Source: a virus
Lineage: Duplodnaviria; Heunggongvirae; Uroviricota; Caudoviricetes
Length of the DNA: 64,000 nucleotides
IMG/VR virus record: IMGVR_UViG_3300028887_000066
Span: 243,550-307,549 of that record
Strand: one strand, 5' to 3'
Shown: in pieces, positions 27,027 to 37,013 of the stretch
How positions within the stretch are numbered: the stretch's first letter is position 1
How the letters are laid out: each line of letters opens with the position of its first letter
The notes under the pieces: generated by a model
What the model was told of the DNA's origin: nothing
The model's input: only the letters and a program-made list of their open reading frames with translations
The model's database searches: none
Position numbers and translations under genes: made by a program

Positions 27027-27750
27027 TTTTGCCCAAATTTTTTACGGCATTTTCGCCATTTAACACAAATTCATATTCCGTTTTTTTAATTTCCGAAAAC
27101 CCCATACTTTTAGCCTTGGAAAGAAAATCATCTTTATCTTTCTCATTGATGTGGATTGTCGTACCTGTAACTTCAGAAAATATTTGGCCTACTTCCTCTG
27201 CATCACAGACTATTTTGACATTTCTATTTTTATCCATAGACGAGAATAACGATACAAACATTGCATTTTCATAACGTCCATTTTCATCTTTTGTGATATT
27301 TGTAGTCAATATTTTCTTCTCAATATCAGACAACTCACCAAAACCCAAATATGTATGGTACTCATTCACCTTTTCAAAAGTATCGGCATTGTATATGAAA
27401 TTCCTACATATCTTCTGACCGCTATTCAGGAAATTGATCAATATTTCTGTTCCATTCTTTGTCGCTTCGTCTTTATTCCTTGCCCAAAGTACGACATTAG
27501 CCTCAAATGGTGAATTCACTATTAGTGTGGGGTATGGGTAGTCATAGGAACCCATCAGTCTTGTCTCCTGTTCAATCTTATCAAAAATGACAACAAACAA
27601 AAACTCATCATTCACCTTGTCTTTAACCTCATATTCTTGTATATAGCCAACGCCAACACGTTTCACCATTTCTTCGGCTAACTCCATTGTGCTGAATGCT
27701 TCATTCACATCATAGTGAAATCCCTCATATCTTACAGTATAAACTTTCAT
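27007..27750 (-). CDS. hypothetical protein (start at MKVYTV)
   Basis: ORF. Confidence 0.55.
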   Translation of the reverse strand: MKVYTVRYEGFHYDVNEAFSTMELAEEMVKRVGVGYIQEYEVKDKVNDEFLFVVIFDKIEQETRLMGSYDYPYPTLIVNSPFEANVVLWARNKDEATKNGTEILINFLNSGQKICRNFIYNADTFEKVNEYHTYLGFGELSDIEKKILTTNITKDENGRYENAMFVSLFSSMDKNRNVKIVCDAEEVGQIFSEVTGTTIHINEKDKDDFLSKAKSMGFSEIKKTEYEFVLNGENAVKNLGKNEKYSN

Positions 27751-27771
27751 AAGACAAATATACAAAACTTT

Positions 27772-28452
27772 TTATTCGGAATAGCAATATACCAATGTCA
27801 AATGATTCATGTGAACCACTTTCTTAGCTTTTTCAATATCTAAGCCCATCTCATCTATCTTTTTATCATACTCCCATCTGTTAAATGGTTTCGTAATTAG
27901 ATGAATTCCTGTTCTTGTTTTAAAATGTGTAAGTACATTTTCATTATACGATGGTGAACATTGGCAAATAACAGACTTGTATCTTTCAATCTTATCCATA
28001 TCGATGATTTCTCCGTCTTTTACACAATCATCAATGTCGATTACCCATTTTTTATCATCCCTCTCAAGATATTTTCCAGAACAACTGTTGAATATCTTCC
28101 ACGGACGACGAAAATCTGAGCATCCTACACGCCTTATGAGTTCCTGCGCCGTATTTATCATTACTTGCTTACCGTCTTTTATATTAACAGAGCCATATGC
28201 CCTCATTCTCATTACGTCACATAACAGAATAATCTCAGGCATAGCCTTACGCAATTCCTCAATACTTTGAATGTAGTAGTTTTTAAAATGAACGTTAACG
28301 GCTGAAAGATTCGGGTTATCCTTTCCTCTTCTCATTACCTCTATCACATAGTATTTCGGGGTAAAATTCCTGTTATAATTTATTGTTTCTGGAATTCCAT
28401 TATCTCTTAAAAAATCCTCGTATGCCTTAAAATTATCAACTTTCATAAACAA
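27772..28452 (-). CDS. hypothetical protein (226 aa)
   Basis: ORF. Confidence 0.55.
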   Translation of the reverse strand: MFMKVDNFKAYEDFLRDNGIPETINYNRNFTPKYYVIEVMRRGKDNPNLSAVNVHFKNYYIQSIEELRKAMPEIILLCDVMRMRAYGSVNIKDGKQVMINTAQELIRRVGCSDFRRPWKIFNSCSGKYLERDDKKWVIDIDDCVKDGEIIDMDKIERYKSVICQCSPSYNENVLTHFKTRTGIHLITKPFNRWEYDKKIDEMGLDIEKAKKVVHMNHLTLVYCYSE

Positions 28453-28502
28453 ATTTTATTTTATGCAAAGATACAGAAAAAAATTGGACTGACAAAATAT
28501 TA

Positions 28503-30635
28503 TCAATCCAATTTCTCCAAAACAGTTCCTATAACAGTCCTAACCCCTAAGTCAAATTTTACAGTATATGACTTATTTTTTTCATTATAATGTATTATTT
28601 CACCAGTTCCAAAAAACTTATGCTTTACCATATCACCAACAGACAATTCATCATTCGCCTCAGAAAAACTGATTTTCCCAAACCTGTTTTTACCAAATTT
28701 ATCCTTTGGTTGGTTTAATTTTGTGATTAATTCATCATCTATCTCTTCAAGAAAACGCGACGGCTCTTTGTCTCTTTTAGTTATGAAATTAAATCCTCCC
28801 GACTCACTTAAATACAGTTTATCCATTGCGCGAGTTACAGCTACATAGAATATACGTCGTTCCTCTTCCAAGCCATCTGCCTGCATTTCTCTCATGGCTC
28901 TCGAATTTGGGAAAATACCTTCATTAAGCCCACAGACGAATACCACAGGAAATTCAAGCCCCTTACTTTGATGAATTGTCATCAGTTTTATTGCATCCGT
29001 ATCTGAGGTTTTGTCCATGTTAGTAAACAATGACATATCCTGCAAATACCTGTCAAGCCCTAAATCTTCCTCATGTTCATTTGATTTCTCATAATCTTTT
29101 ACCGATGAAATCAATTCGCCTATATTCTCAATACGTTCTTCATCTGAATCATTGGAATACAGTTTCTTCAAACCACTTTTATCCAGGACTTCAGAAAGTA
29201 TATCAGAAATATGCTTTTTGTCTTTATACGCTCTACCCCATTCAATAAGTTCAACGAATTTGACAATCTGCTCCTTGTTAAACTCCTTGTCTTTAATATG
29301 TTTCTTCAAAGATTCATACATTGTTGTTTTTTCTTTTTGGGAAAGTATTTTTAGTTTTTCCAACGAAACTTTGCCAAACTTCCTTGACGGTACATTAATA
29401 ATACGGCTAAACGCTATATCATCACCATTTGCGATAACACGCAAATATGACATCACATCCTTAATTTCCTTTCTATCATAAAACCTTACTCCACCCCATA
29501 TAATATATGGTATATTGGATTTTAACAGTTCCTGTTCTATTGGCCTTGACAAATATGATGCCCTGTACAACACCGCAAAATCAGTATTTTTCCTTTTATC
29601 TGATTTTTTTAACTTGTTTATTTCTTTCAGAATCCATGATGCCTCGTCCTGATCAGTATAGGCATGATAGTAAACAGGTAGTTCACCATCCTTTCTTTCC
29701 GTAACCAAATTTTTCTTTAATTGCCTCTCATTATTTTTGATTACACAATTCGCAACATCAAGAATCGGTTTTGTTGAGCGATAATTCTGATTTAATACAA
29801 CGTCTTTTTTACTTTTGAAATCTACGAACATCTGAGGCTTACTACCCCTGAACCCATATATGCTCTGACAATCGTCACCGACACAGAATATATTTCCACT
29901 TGCTTTTCCTAACAAATTTATAAGTTTCCAATCGACGGCATTGCAATCCTGCGTCTCATCTACCATTATGTATTGGAAAAACGACCATCTGTCATATGCA
30001 TCTTTATATTTCTGCAAAACATAGAGTCCGAAAAATATTAGATCATCAAAATCAAGATAATATGACTTACGTTGCTCTATAATATATTTTATAACAGGGT
30101 CGTTACTGTTCATTGTGTCCTTATCCATTACAATGTCGCCTATATAAGATGATTTTGACTTATATTCAGCCACTTTTTCCAATAACTGATATTCTGTCAT
30201 GTCGTCTTTGTCAATATGCAACTCATCCATCACCTTTTTAGCCATATCCTTTGAATCTATCTCATCTAGGATAATGAAATTTTTAGGATACCCTAAATGA
30301 TATATTTCGTTTCTTAGAATTTTGACACAGAGGCTATGAATGGTACATATAAAATCCGTGGCAACATCAGAATCAATGAGTTTTGAAACTCTATTCTTCA
30401 TTTCTTGTGCGGCTTTATTCGTAAAAGTTATGCACAATACATTAGCGGGTGATACCCCAAGGTTCTGTATTATATGGGCATATCTTGAAACAAGGGTCTT
30501 GGTTTTCCCTGCTCCAGCCCCTGCAATTGCCCGAACCTTACCTTCTGTGGCGTTTACGGCCTCTTTTTGCCTGTTATTGAGACCATTAAAAATGCCATCT
30601 GATTTGTTATTGCTATTCCGTTTCATTTTTCCCAA
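28503..30635 (-). CDS. UvrD/PcrA/Rep-family superfamily 1 DNA helicase
   Basis: LNNRQKEAV..AGAGAGKTKTLVSRYAHII (Walker A), later Q/III/IV/V/VI helicase motifs, 710 aa. Confidence 0.9.
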   Translation of the reverse strand: MGKMKRNSNNKSDGIFNGLNNRQKEAVNATEGKVRAIAGAGAGKTKTLVSRYAHIIQNLGVSPANVLCITFTNKAAQEMKNRVSKLIDSDVATDFICTIHSLCVKILRNEIYHLGYPKNFIILDEIDSKDMAKKVMDELHIDKDDMTEYQLLEKVAEYKSKSSYIGDIVMDKDTMNSNDPVIKYIIEQRKSYYLDFDDLIFFGLYVLQKYKDAYDRWSFFQYIMVDETQDCNAVDWKLINLLGKASGNIFCVGDDCQSIYGFRGSKPQMFVDFKSKKDVVLNQNYRSTKPILDVANCVIKNNERQLKKNLVTERKDGELPVYYHAYTDQDEASWILKEINKLKKSDKRKNTDFAVLYRASYLSRPIEQELLKSNIPYIIWGGVRFYDRKEIKDVMSYLRVIANGDDIAFSRIINVPSRKFGKVSLEKLKILSQKEKTTMYESLKKHIKDKEFNKEQIVKFVELIEWGRAYKDKKHISDILSEVLDKSGLKKLYSNDSDEERIENIGELISSVKDYEKSNEHEEDLGLDRYLQDMSLFTNMDKTSDTDAIKLMTIHQSKGLEFPVVFVCGLNEGIFPNSRAMREMQADGLEEERRIFYVAVTRAMDKLYLSESGGFNFITKRDKEPSRFLEEIDDELITKLNQPKDKFGKNRFGKISFSEANDELSVGDMVKHKFFGTGEIIHYNEKNKSYTVKFDLGVRTVIGTVLEKLD

Positions 30636-31479
30636 GTAACTTATCCTCTATTATCTTATATTCATTCGTCAGATGTTTGATCAATCTTGGCTTTCCTAAA
30701 TTATCATAGTATTCCTTAACCATCTCACAACCAATAAAATTCCTATTCGTTTTGATACAGGCTACGCCAGTAGTAAAGCCGCCGCCAAACGGGTCAAAAA
30801 CCAAGTCGCCATCAACGCTCCAACTGAGTATATGGTCAATTGCCAATTGTAATGGAAATGCCGCATTATGTCTAAATTCTTTATCACCGTCCTTAGATAC
30901 GTTATTCTGCTTCCATATATTATTCCTTACGCTGAATTCAGGTACTGGATTAATGAACTTTTTCTTTGAATTAACCAAATCACCTTTTTGATTCCTTTGG
31001 CTCTGCTGTCCAAAATTAGTATGCCCAAACCATTTATTAGGTTTATCTTTAATTAATGTGTAATCAGTCCTTGGTTTACCCTTACAAAAGACAAACATAT
31101 ATTCAAATATTTGGCTGTATCGTCGGCTATTCGGTTTTACGGGAAATGAACTTGTATCTTTTTCCCATATCATTGTGTCTAAAATCTTAAAGCCTATCTC
31201 TTTGAAATATAACGCCTGTTTAAATGATGTTCCTGTTTCAGAGCCGTCTATAACCGCATCATTGCATATCCAAACAATACAGCATCCATCATTCATTACC
31301 TTATACAAATGATCAGCAACATCTTTGAAAATTTCAAAATTCCATTCATCACCAACACCTTGATATGATCTTAAATTGTCATATGGAGGGGATGTTACGA
31401 CTAAATCTGCCTTGATGCCTCTTTCTATCATTTCATCCATTACATCAATGCAGTTCCTGTTAAAAATATTAATAACCAC
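30613..31479 (-). CDS. DNA methyltransferase (N6-adenine/N4-cytosine, beta class), orphan
   Basis: VVTSPPYDNLRSYQ (S/DPPY motif); no adjacent restriction endonuclease recognised. Confidence 0.85.
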   Translation of the reverse strand: MVINIFNRNCIDVMDEMIERGIKADLVVTSPPYDNLRSYQGVGDEWNFEIFKDVADHLYKVMNDGCCIVWICNDAVIDGSETGTSFKQALYFKEIGFKILDTMIWEKDTSSFPVKPNSRRYSQIFEYMFVFCKGKPRTDYTLIKDKPNKWFGHTNFGQQSQRNQKGDLVNSKKKFINPVPEFSVRNNIWKQNNVSKDGDKEFRHNAAFPLQLAIDHILSWSVDGDLVFDPFGGGFTTGVACIKTNRNFIGCEMVKEYYDNLGKPRLIKHLTNEYKIIEDKLLGKNETE

Positions 31480-31579
31480 TAACCATATAGTTTTTGCTTC
31501 AAAATTATTTTACCTTACAAATATACAAAAAAGGTCAGGAAAGAAAAATCCCGACCTTAATTAGAAATATCTATTCAAA

Positions 31580-32404
31580 TTAGTTTCTCTTGATGTTCCA
31601 CATCTTATCCGCTGACGCATCGAACAATACATCGATATTAGCACCGTTTTTCTTTTCGATAATATCCCAGGCACGCAATTGGATGTATTGTGATGGGTTC
31701 AAGTTCATTTCAGCCATATACGTCTTATCCGCGATAGCACGTTGTCTTTCGGCTTCTGCACGGGCCTTCTCGGACAAGATACGTTGCTCCTGTGTCTTCT
31801 TGGCCTGAATGACTGCCGCCGTCTTATCCATTTCTTTCTTCATATCATCATTAGGCTTTGCCTTACCAATAATGACGCTGTTTACATTTACAGGGAACGG
31901 CTTCTTTTCCGACAGTTTCGCAATGTAATTTTGCATATGCTGCTCCATCAACACTTGTACGCTGTCCGTAACACTACGATTACTCATAAGGTCAAACGGG
32001 GAATAATTGCCGACAAGATTATAGAAATGGCTCACAAACTCCTTATGGATGTTGTTCTTATACCAATCAGTACCATAGTTCTGAATCAATACGGGGGATT
32101 TTCCCTTTTCCACTTGTAAGATAATCTGAATGTCAAAGTCAAGCTGCGTATTGTCATTACTGTAAGCGTCCTCAATATGCTCGTCATGGGCAATAGGAGT
32201 GATCTTCACATATACAACATCAGTTGTCCACGCACACCAAGTTAAACCTGATTGCACAGGTGTCTCATCAACTCCGCCATGTCCAAAGAACCACGGCTTC
32301 ATAATCAGTACACCTTCTTCATCGGCATCAGGACTTGCACCTGTACATCCAGTAAACACCATCATAGATGCAAACAGCATCATTAAACACAAAAATTTCT
32401 TCAT
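31580..32404 (-). CDS. SPFH/band-7 (HflK/C-like) domain lipoprotein
   Basis: Lipobox MMVFTGC; C-terminal AEAERQRAIADKTYMAEMN .. coiled-coil typical of the SPFH family. Confidence 0.55.
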   Translation of the reverse strand: MKKFLCLMMLFASMMVFTGCTGASPDADEEGVLIMKPWFFGHGGVDETPVQSGLTWCAWTTDVVYVKITPIAHDEHIEDAYSNDNTQLDFDIQIILQVEKGKSPVLIQNYGTDWYKNNIHKEFVSHFYNLVGNYSPFDLMSNRSVTDSVQVLMEQHMQNYIAKLSEKKPFPVNVNSVIIGKAKPNDDMKKEMDKTAAVIQAKKTQEQRILSEKARAEAERQRAIADKTYMAEMNLNPSQYIQLRAWDIIEKKNGANIDVLFDASADKMWNIKRN

Positions 32405-32419
32405 TTCTTTATTTTTTTT

Positions 32420-32785
32420 TTAGTCGTTTAAATATCTGTGAATAATATCGTCATCAATATTGGCCAATATATCGTTAGCCCCATAATACTCTATTGCTTC
32501 ATCAACATCAACGTGTTCAAGCCAATCGCTTATTATCCAAGTGTCCTCTATATAGTCTTCAATATCATCCTTATCTATTGTGTTAAGTAATTCCTTTGCC
32601 CCAATACGCTCAACGCATTCTTCAGCATCAGGGAATTCGGTTTCATAAGGATAGACAAAGCCATTTCCTCTTGCTAATTTTTCGATTAGCCTTTCCTTGT
32701 CAGGCAATATGAGGTTATCTATCAATTCTTCTACATATTCTGGGCGCATTGCCCCGCATGGATAGTATTTTTCTGTTTCTTTCAT
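32420..32785 (-). CDS. acidic hypothetical protein (121 aa)
   Basis: ORF. Confidence 0.5.
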   Translation of the reverse strand: MKETEKYYPCGAMRPEYVEELIDNLILPDKERLIEKLARGNGFVYPYETEFPDAEECVERIGAKELLNTIDKDDIEDYIEDTWIISDWLEHVDVDEAIEYYGANDILANIDDDIIHRYLND

Positions 32786-33756
32786 TTCAAATCGATAATC
32801 TTAATTGGGTTCAAATCATATGAACTTGGGGTAATGACTACTTGGTCATCCTTTAGCAAGACATTTTTCGAATACGATTCAGCAGGATAGAGATACGTCT
32901 TAACCTTGTCTGATTTCTCAAGATACTTGATAAAATGTGCGCCGAATGCAACGTCCTTGATATTATTTTCCTCAATTACCTTTTCAAGGTATTCAAATAC
33001 ACCATCTTCTATACCTTTTTCGCTTCTTCCGTGTGCCATTAATGGAAGCAATACATAGTTATGAATCTTACTTCCGTACTTTTTACGGATTTCAAGGAAA
33101 TCGTCAACGCTTTCTTTATCCGAAATAAGATGATGCGTCATAACGTGACAATTACCCTTTTCAAAAAGCCCATCAATGGCATCGAATGCATATTTACGCA
33201 AAGCCTTATTACCAAGTGACACAGCAACACCTCCTACATACTTTGATGTCGCGGTTAGAATCTCATTTGCCTTTTCATAGTATATTGAGTCGGGCTTATT
33301 CCATGAAGCAAGGATAACACCATTAGTAGTATAATTTGGCACTACGTTTGTCTCATATACAGTTTTAAGGAATTCGCATATCATCATATGTTCCAAAGGT
33401 TCTCCTTCACTTCCTATCGCAATTTGGAATGGCTTAGATGTTAGGCATATTCCGTCTTCTGTTAAAGTGTCGGTATAAGTATCCATCCACTTTCTCCACG
33501 TTTCACAAACGTTTTCGTAATGTTTTGCATCAGGATTCGCGGAGACGTAGCAAAAACTACAACGTCCAGTGCGGCAAACGGGCCCTAAAGAAACGTCATA
33601 GAACTCGCTGTACCCTAATGGAAGCTCCATAACGTCGCCTTCATCGAAACGATAAGTCTTCAAATTATGCCACAACGCCCTGTAATTATACTCTTTGTTT
33701 ACACGAAGCTTTAGACCTACCCATTTGTCTTTACTAAGTTTTTTAATGTATTGCAT
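32782..33756 (-). CDS. radical-SAM-like protein with non-canonical CX4CX2C cluster motif
   Basis: CRTGRCSFC plus a GSEGEP (GGEP-like SAM motif) region. Confidence 0.45.
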   Translation of the reverse strand: MQYIKKLSKDKWVGLKLRVNKEYNYRALWHNLKTYRFDEGDVMELPLGYSEFYDVSLGPVCRTGRCSFCYVSANPDAKHYENVCETWRKWMDTYTDTLTEDGICLTSKPFQIAIGSEGEPLEHMMICEFLKTVYETNVVPNYTTNGVILASWNKPDSIYYEKANEILTATSKYVGGVAVSLGNKALRKYAFDAIDGLFEKGNCHVMTHHLISDKESVDDFLEIRKKYGSKIHNYVLLPLMAHGRSEKGIEDGVFEYLEKVIEENNIKDVAFGAHFIKYLEKSDKVKTYLYPAESYSKNVLLKDDQVVITPSSYDLNPIKIIDLK

Positions 33757-33784
33757 TTCAAATTTTATTTAATAGTTCCAAATC

Positions 33785-34219
33785 TTAATGTCTGTAATCA
33801 TTCCATTTAGAATCGTCTCTTGCCTCCTCTGAAACATCACATGCGTCAGCAAAATGATCTTCAATGTCAACCCAATAAAGACCTATGAGTCTCTTTTCAA
33901 TGGTCTCTTTGTTCATATTACAGAACTCTTCCCAATCTTCCTGTGACGGGTCTGAATAATAGCCTCCTCCCCAAGAATATGTATGGTACTCACCGCGAAT
34001 AAGTGCCTCGTCAAGTCCGCAGACATCACACACCATTTCCCATTCCCAACGGCCACGCTCAGAATACACCCAATCCCAATTGATTTCCTCGATGTTAATA
34101 CAATCTCCAGTATCCTTGAGATTATCGTAGTATTCCGCATTGCTCTTTTCCATTACAAACACCTCAGATGAACTATTCGTAATGACATCTGAAAAACTTT
34201 TAATCCCTTTAACTACCAT
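33785..34219 (-). CDS. acidic hypothetical protein; paralog of 34560-35039 (shared SDVITNSSSEVF N-terminus)
   Basis: FSDVITNSSSEVFV versus KTDVITNSSTEVFC. Confidence 0.55.
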   Translation of the reverse strand: MVVKGIKSFSDVITNSSSEVFVMEKSNAEYYDNLKDTGDCINIEEINWDWVYSERGRWEWEMVCDVCGLDEALIRGEYHTYSWGGGYYSDPSQEDWEEFCNMNKETIEKRLIGLYWVDIEDHFADACDVSEEARDDSKWNDYRH

Positions 34220-34227
34220 TTTTTCAA

Positions 34228-34587
34228 TTATCTTAAAACAAATTCAACTTTAAAGTCTTCGGTGCTATTACACTGAGCCTGATCTTTCAAATAATTATCA
34301 AGCCCTATTATCTGCATTCTGTATGTCATGAAATCATAGTCAAAATCCCTCATGTATACCTCGACAGTAAGCCCGTTTTGCTTTTCTACAAATACAATAT
34401 ACTTTGGCTCTTCTATTCCTATAAGGGAACGCCCTGTCTTTATACTACCGACTATCTGATAATACATCAGGGTATCCCTTGATAGTGTAATTTCTTCGTA
34501 TATAGAATTAAGACATTTAATGTTATTGTCTAAAGTCATTAACCAAACATTTATCTTATTTAACCGTAACAATAGCCCATATCCCAA
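34228..34587 (-). CDS. hypothetical protein (119 aa)
   Basis: ORF. Confidence 0.5.
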   Translation of the reverse strand: MGYGLLLRLNKINVWLMTLDNNIKCLNSIYEEITLSRDTLMYYQIVGSIKTGRSLIGIEEPKYIVFVEKQNGLTVEVYMRDFDYDFMTYRMQIIGLDNYLKDQAQCNSTEDFKVEFVLR

Positions 34588-35039
34588 ATAGATGACATCT
34601 TTTGTATCTTTTTAGCTGCATTAATAACCTTTGGGTCATTCTTGTATTCGTCCTTGACAATCACATCAACACCAGTTATCGATGGTGTATATTCGGTGTA
34701 TTCATCATGTGAACGTGCAATGGAGAGGATTTCATCATACGGAATATGCTCCAGCAAATAATTCTCTTGCTCATGATATGAAAGGTTTTCATAGTCACTT
34801 GTATCAACACTGACATTATTCCTTAACCACTCAAGGCAATCATCCTCTATCATATCCGTTTCAATACGATACTTGAAATCGAACACATCGTCTGCTGTAA
34901 GATTACTGCCACCCAGTTCAAAAATCGCGTTAATGATGTCTTTGATAGTGCTTATTCCATCATCATTATAGATGCAAAAGACTTCCGTAGAAGAATTAGT
35001 TATTACATCTGTCTTACTTTTCAAAAACTTAATAAACAT
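34560..35039 (-). CDS. acidic hypothetical protein; paralog of 33785-34219
   Basis: Shared N-terminal motif. Confidence 0.55.
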   Translation of the reverse strand: MFIKFLKSKTDVITNSSTEVFCIYNDDGISTIKDIINAIFELGGSNLTADDVFDFKYRIETDMIEDDCLEWLRNNVSVDTSDYENLSYHEQENYLLEHIPYDEILSIARSHDEYTEYTPSITGVDVIVKDEYKNDPKVINAAKKIQKMSSIWDMGYCYG

Positions 35040-35066
35040 CGGTACTTAAAAATTTAAAAACGTTAT

Positions 35067-35891
35067 TTAACCACAGAAATATACAATTCTTATTTTACTT
35101 GTATCAGTATATCCATATATTTCATCAACAATGTGATAAACACTATTGATCTCATGTTGCACACAGAGTATATCCCAAAAGTCCTCCTCAAAAAGATAAT
35201 CCAATGACGGAACATAACCTTCATCTTCATCGTCCTTCTTTTTCCTCTTTCTTTTCGGAGGTTCTAATGACGGATTTTTCTGTAACTTCATTATAAAGTC
35301 AAGCTTATCGTTCAAATCCTTGAAATTCGTGTGGTTTATGGATTCAACAAGACTTGCTCTGAATTTTTCGACAAGTTTATCCCTTGCGCCTTGCCATTCA
35401 CTGAGCAATACACTTGTATGCCCCCATGTATACTCTCCATCACCTAATTCCTTCCGCAGTTCGTCCGATATATCATCAGGATAGCCTCTATTGGCAAAGC
35501 CATAGTCATTTCCCCACGTATCATTTAAGAATGTGTCACGAATAACTCCACCATTATCAGCAAACATGACGTGTTTTTTCAACTTCAGCTCCTCTTTGGT
35601 TTCATCATCCTTGTATATGCCGCTCTTGTCATTCTCATAGGAATATCCGTAACGTATATCACTATACCACTTTACCAATTCCCATCTACATGGAACATCT
35701 TTTTCATTAACCTCCTCATATACGGGATTATGGTTTTCATTAGAAATAACCTTAATATATTTATGATAACCTTTTTCCCATCCTGAATAATAACAGCCTG
35801 GCTTTAAATCTTTGGAAATGTTACTGAAATCAACTCTTCCCTCTAAGGTTTTTCTGTTTATCTCAATATATCTGTGAACATAAACACTCAT
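35067..35891 (-). CDS. hypothetical protein (274 aa)
   Basis: ORF. Confidence 0.55.
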   Translation of the reverse strand: MSVYVHRYIEINRKTLEGRVDFSNISKDLKPGCYYSGWEKGYHKYIKVISNENHNPVYEEVNEKDVPCRWELVKWYSDIRYGYSYENDKSGIYKDDETKEELKLKKHVMFADNGGVIRDTFLNDTWGNDYGFANRGYPDDISDELRKELGDGEYTWGHTSVLLSEWQGARDKLVEKFRASLVESINHTNFKDLNDKLDFIMKLQKNPSLEPPKRKRKKKDDEDEGYVPSLDYLFEEDFWDILCVQHEINSVYHIVDEIYGYTDTSKIRIVYFCG

Positions 35892-35899
35892 ATTTCCAT

Positions 35900-36895
35900 C
35901 TATTTTTTATTTTCATTATTTTCTTCATCAAATGGATCAGGCATTTCTCTCCATTCACCGTTTTCATCTTTATAACGGTCTATTACCTGATTTTTATGAT
36001 TATTTTCGTAACATTCATTACAATATGGACACATCCATCCATATGGGCTTGTTATTACATCGGCATCCTTTCCGCAGTCAATGCAAATATGTTCACTCAT
36101 TCCCTCATATTTCCCTATCAACTGATACATTTCCCTTGATGCTGATCCGCAATATAGGCAAAAACGCCCCCACTTTTCCTTGATTTGCATTATTCTGAAC
36201 GAATAGAGCATCTTGTCTTTTTTTAACTGTTTCCTCATATCGACAAGTAGTTGTTTTCCAAATCTCTTATACCATCCAGGACATTCTCCTTTCATTGCAT
36301 CAATTTCTGTATAAGTTGGAATACAATGGAACAGTTGCAAAACATAATCATTCAAAAAGTCGGCAAATCTTATCTTAAATCTTAACCACTTGTTTACTGT
36401 GTGGTTAAATATATAAAACTTTTGCTCACCTATTATTGTATCGTCAATGAATACAATATTAAAATTGACATTGCCATTATTCTCATAAAAACCAATCTTA
36501 TGAAGCCCTGTATACTGTTCTGTTATTTCATACAGATTTATTTTTTTGATTACTTTATCCTTATAATATAGACTGACTACTCCATTGTTCATTACATAGC
36601 CATAAAGTAATACACCGTCTTTTTTAATATCGGCAGATAAGTTCTTATATGTATATTCTGATTCTTTCCATTCTTTTTTATTATACAGATGGCAACAGAC
36701 ACAACCTATTGCCTTTTTGTAATTGTCTGTATGATATTGATGCAGTTTCCAATTATTATAGTGTTTTCCCGTCCACCTGTTTCTTGGATAGAGAAACGGG
36801 TATTTCAAACAAAGATAAGTGGATTCAACAGGTTTCCAAATCTTACGCTTTAGCCACTTTTCAACCCTATTGATCAAATTATTTTTATTTTCCAT
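35900..36895 (-). CDS. hypothetical protein with C-terminal Cys4 zinc-ribbon (CIDCG..CPYCNEC)
   Basis: ORF; Cys motifs. Confidence 0.55.
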   Translation of the reverse strand: MENKNNLINRVEKWLKRKIWKPVESTYLCLKYPFLYPRNRWTGKHYNNWKLHQYHTDNYKKAIGCVCCHLYNKKEWKESEYTYKNLSADIKKDGVLLYGYVMNNGVVSLYYKDKVIKKINLYEITEQYTGLHKIGFYENNGNVNFNIVFIDDTIIGEQKFYIFNHTVNKWLRFKIRFADFLNDYVLQLFHCIPTYTEIDAMKGECPGWYKRFGKQLLVDMRKQLKKDKMLYSFRIMQIKEKWGRFCLYCGSASREMYQLIGKYEGMSEHICIDCGKDADVITSPYGWMCPYCNECYENNHKNQVIDRYKDENGEWREMPDPFDEENNENKK

Positions 36896-37013
36896 TAAAG
36901 CTAAAATTATTCATTACAAATATACAAAAAAATGTGGTGATCGTTTAAGATAACCACATTTAATTTTCCATATTATACCCGTTCTGATATAATTTAATAT
37001 TTTTTGCAACAGT

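Noticed and set aside
27772-28452. 2H phosphoesterase (LigT-like) assignment for the 226-aa protein near Tpt1
   Set aside because: Only one HxTx-like motif (HLTL) is present near the C-terminus; the required second motif is absent.
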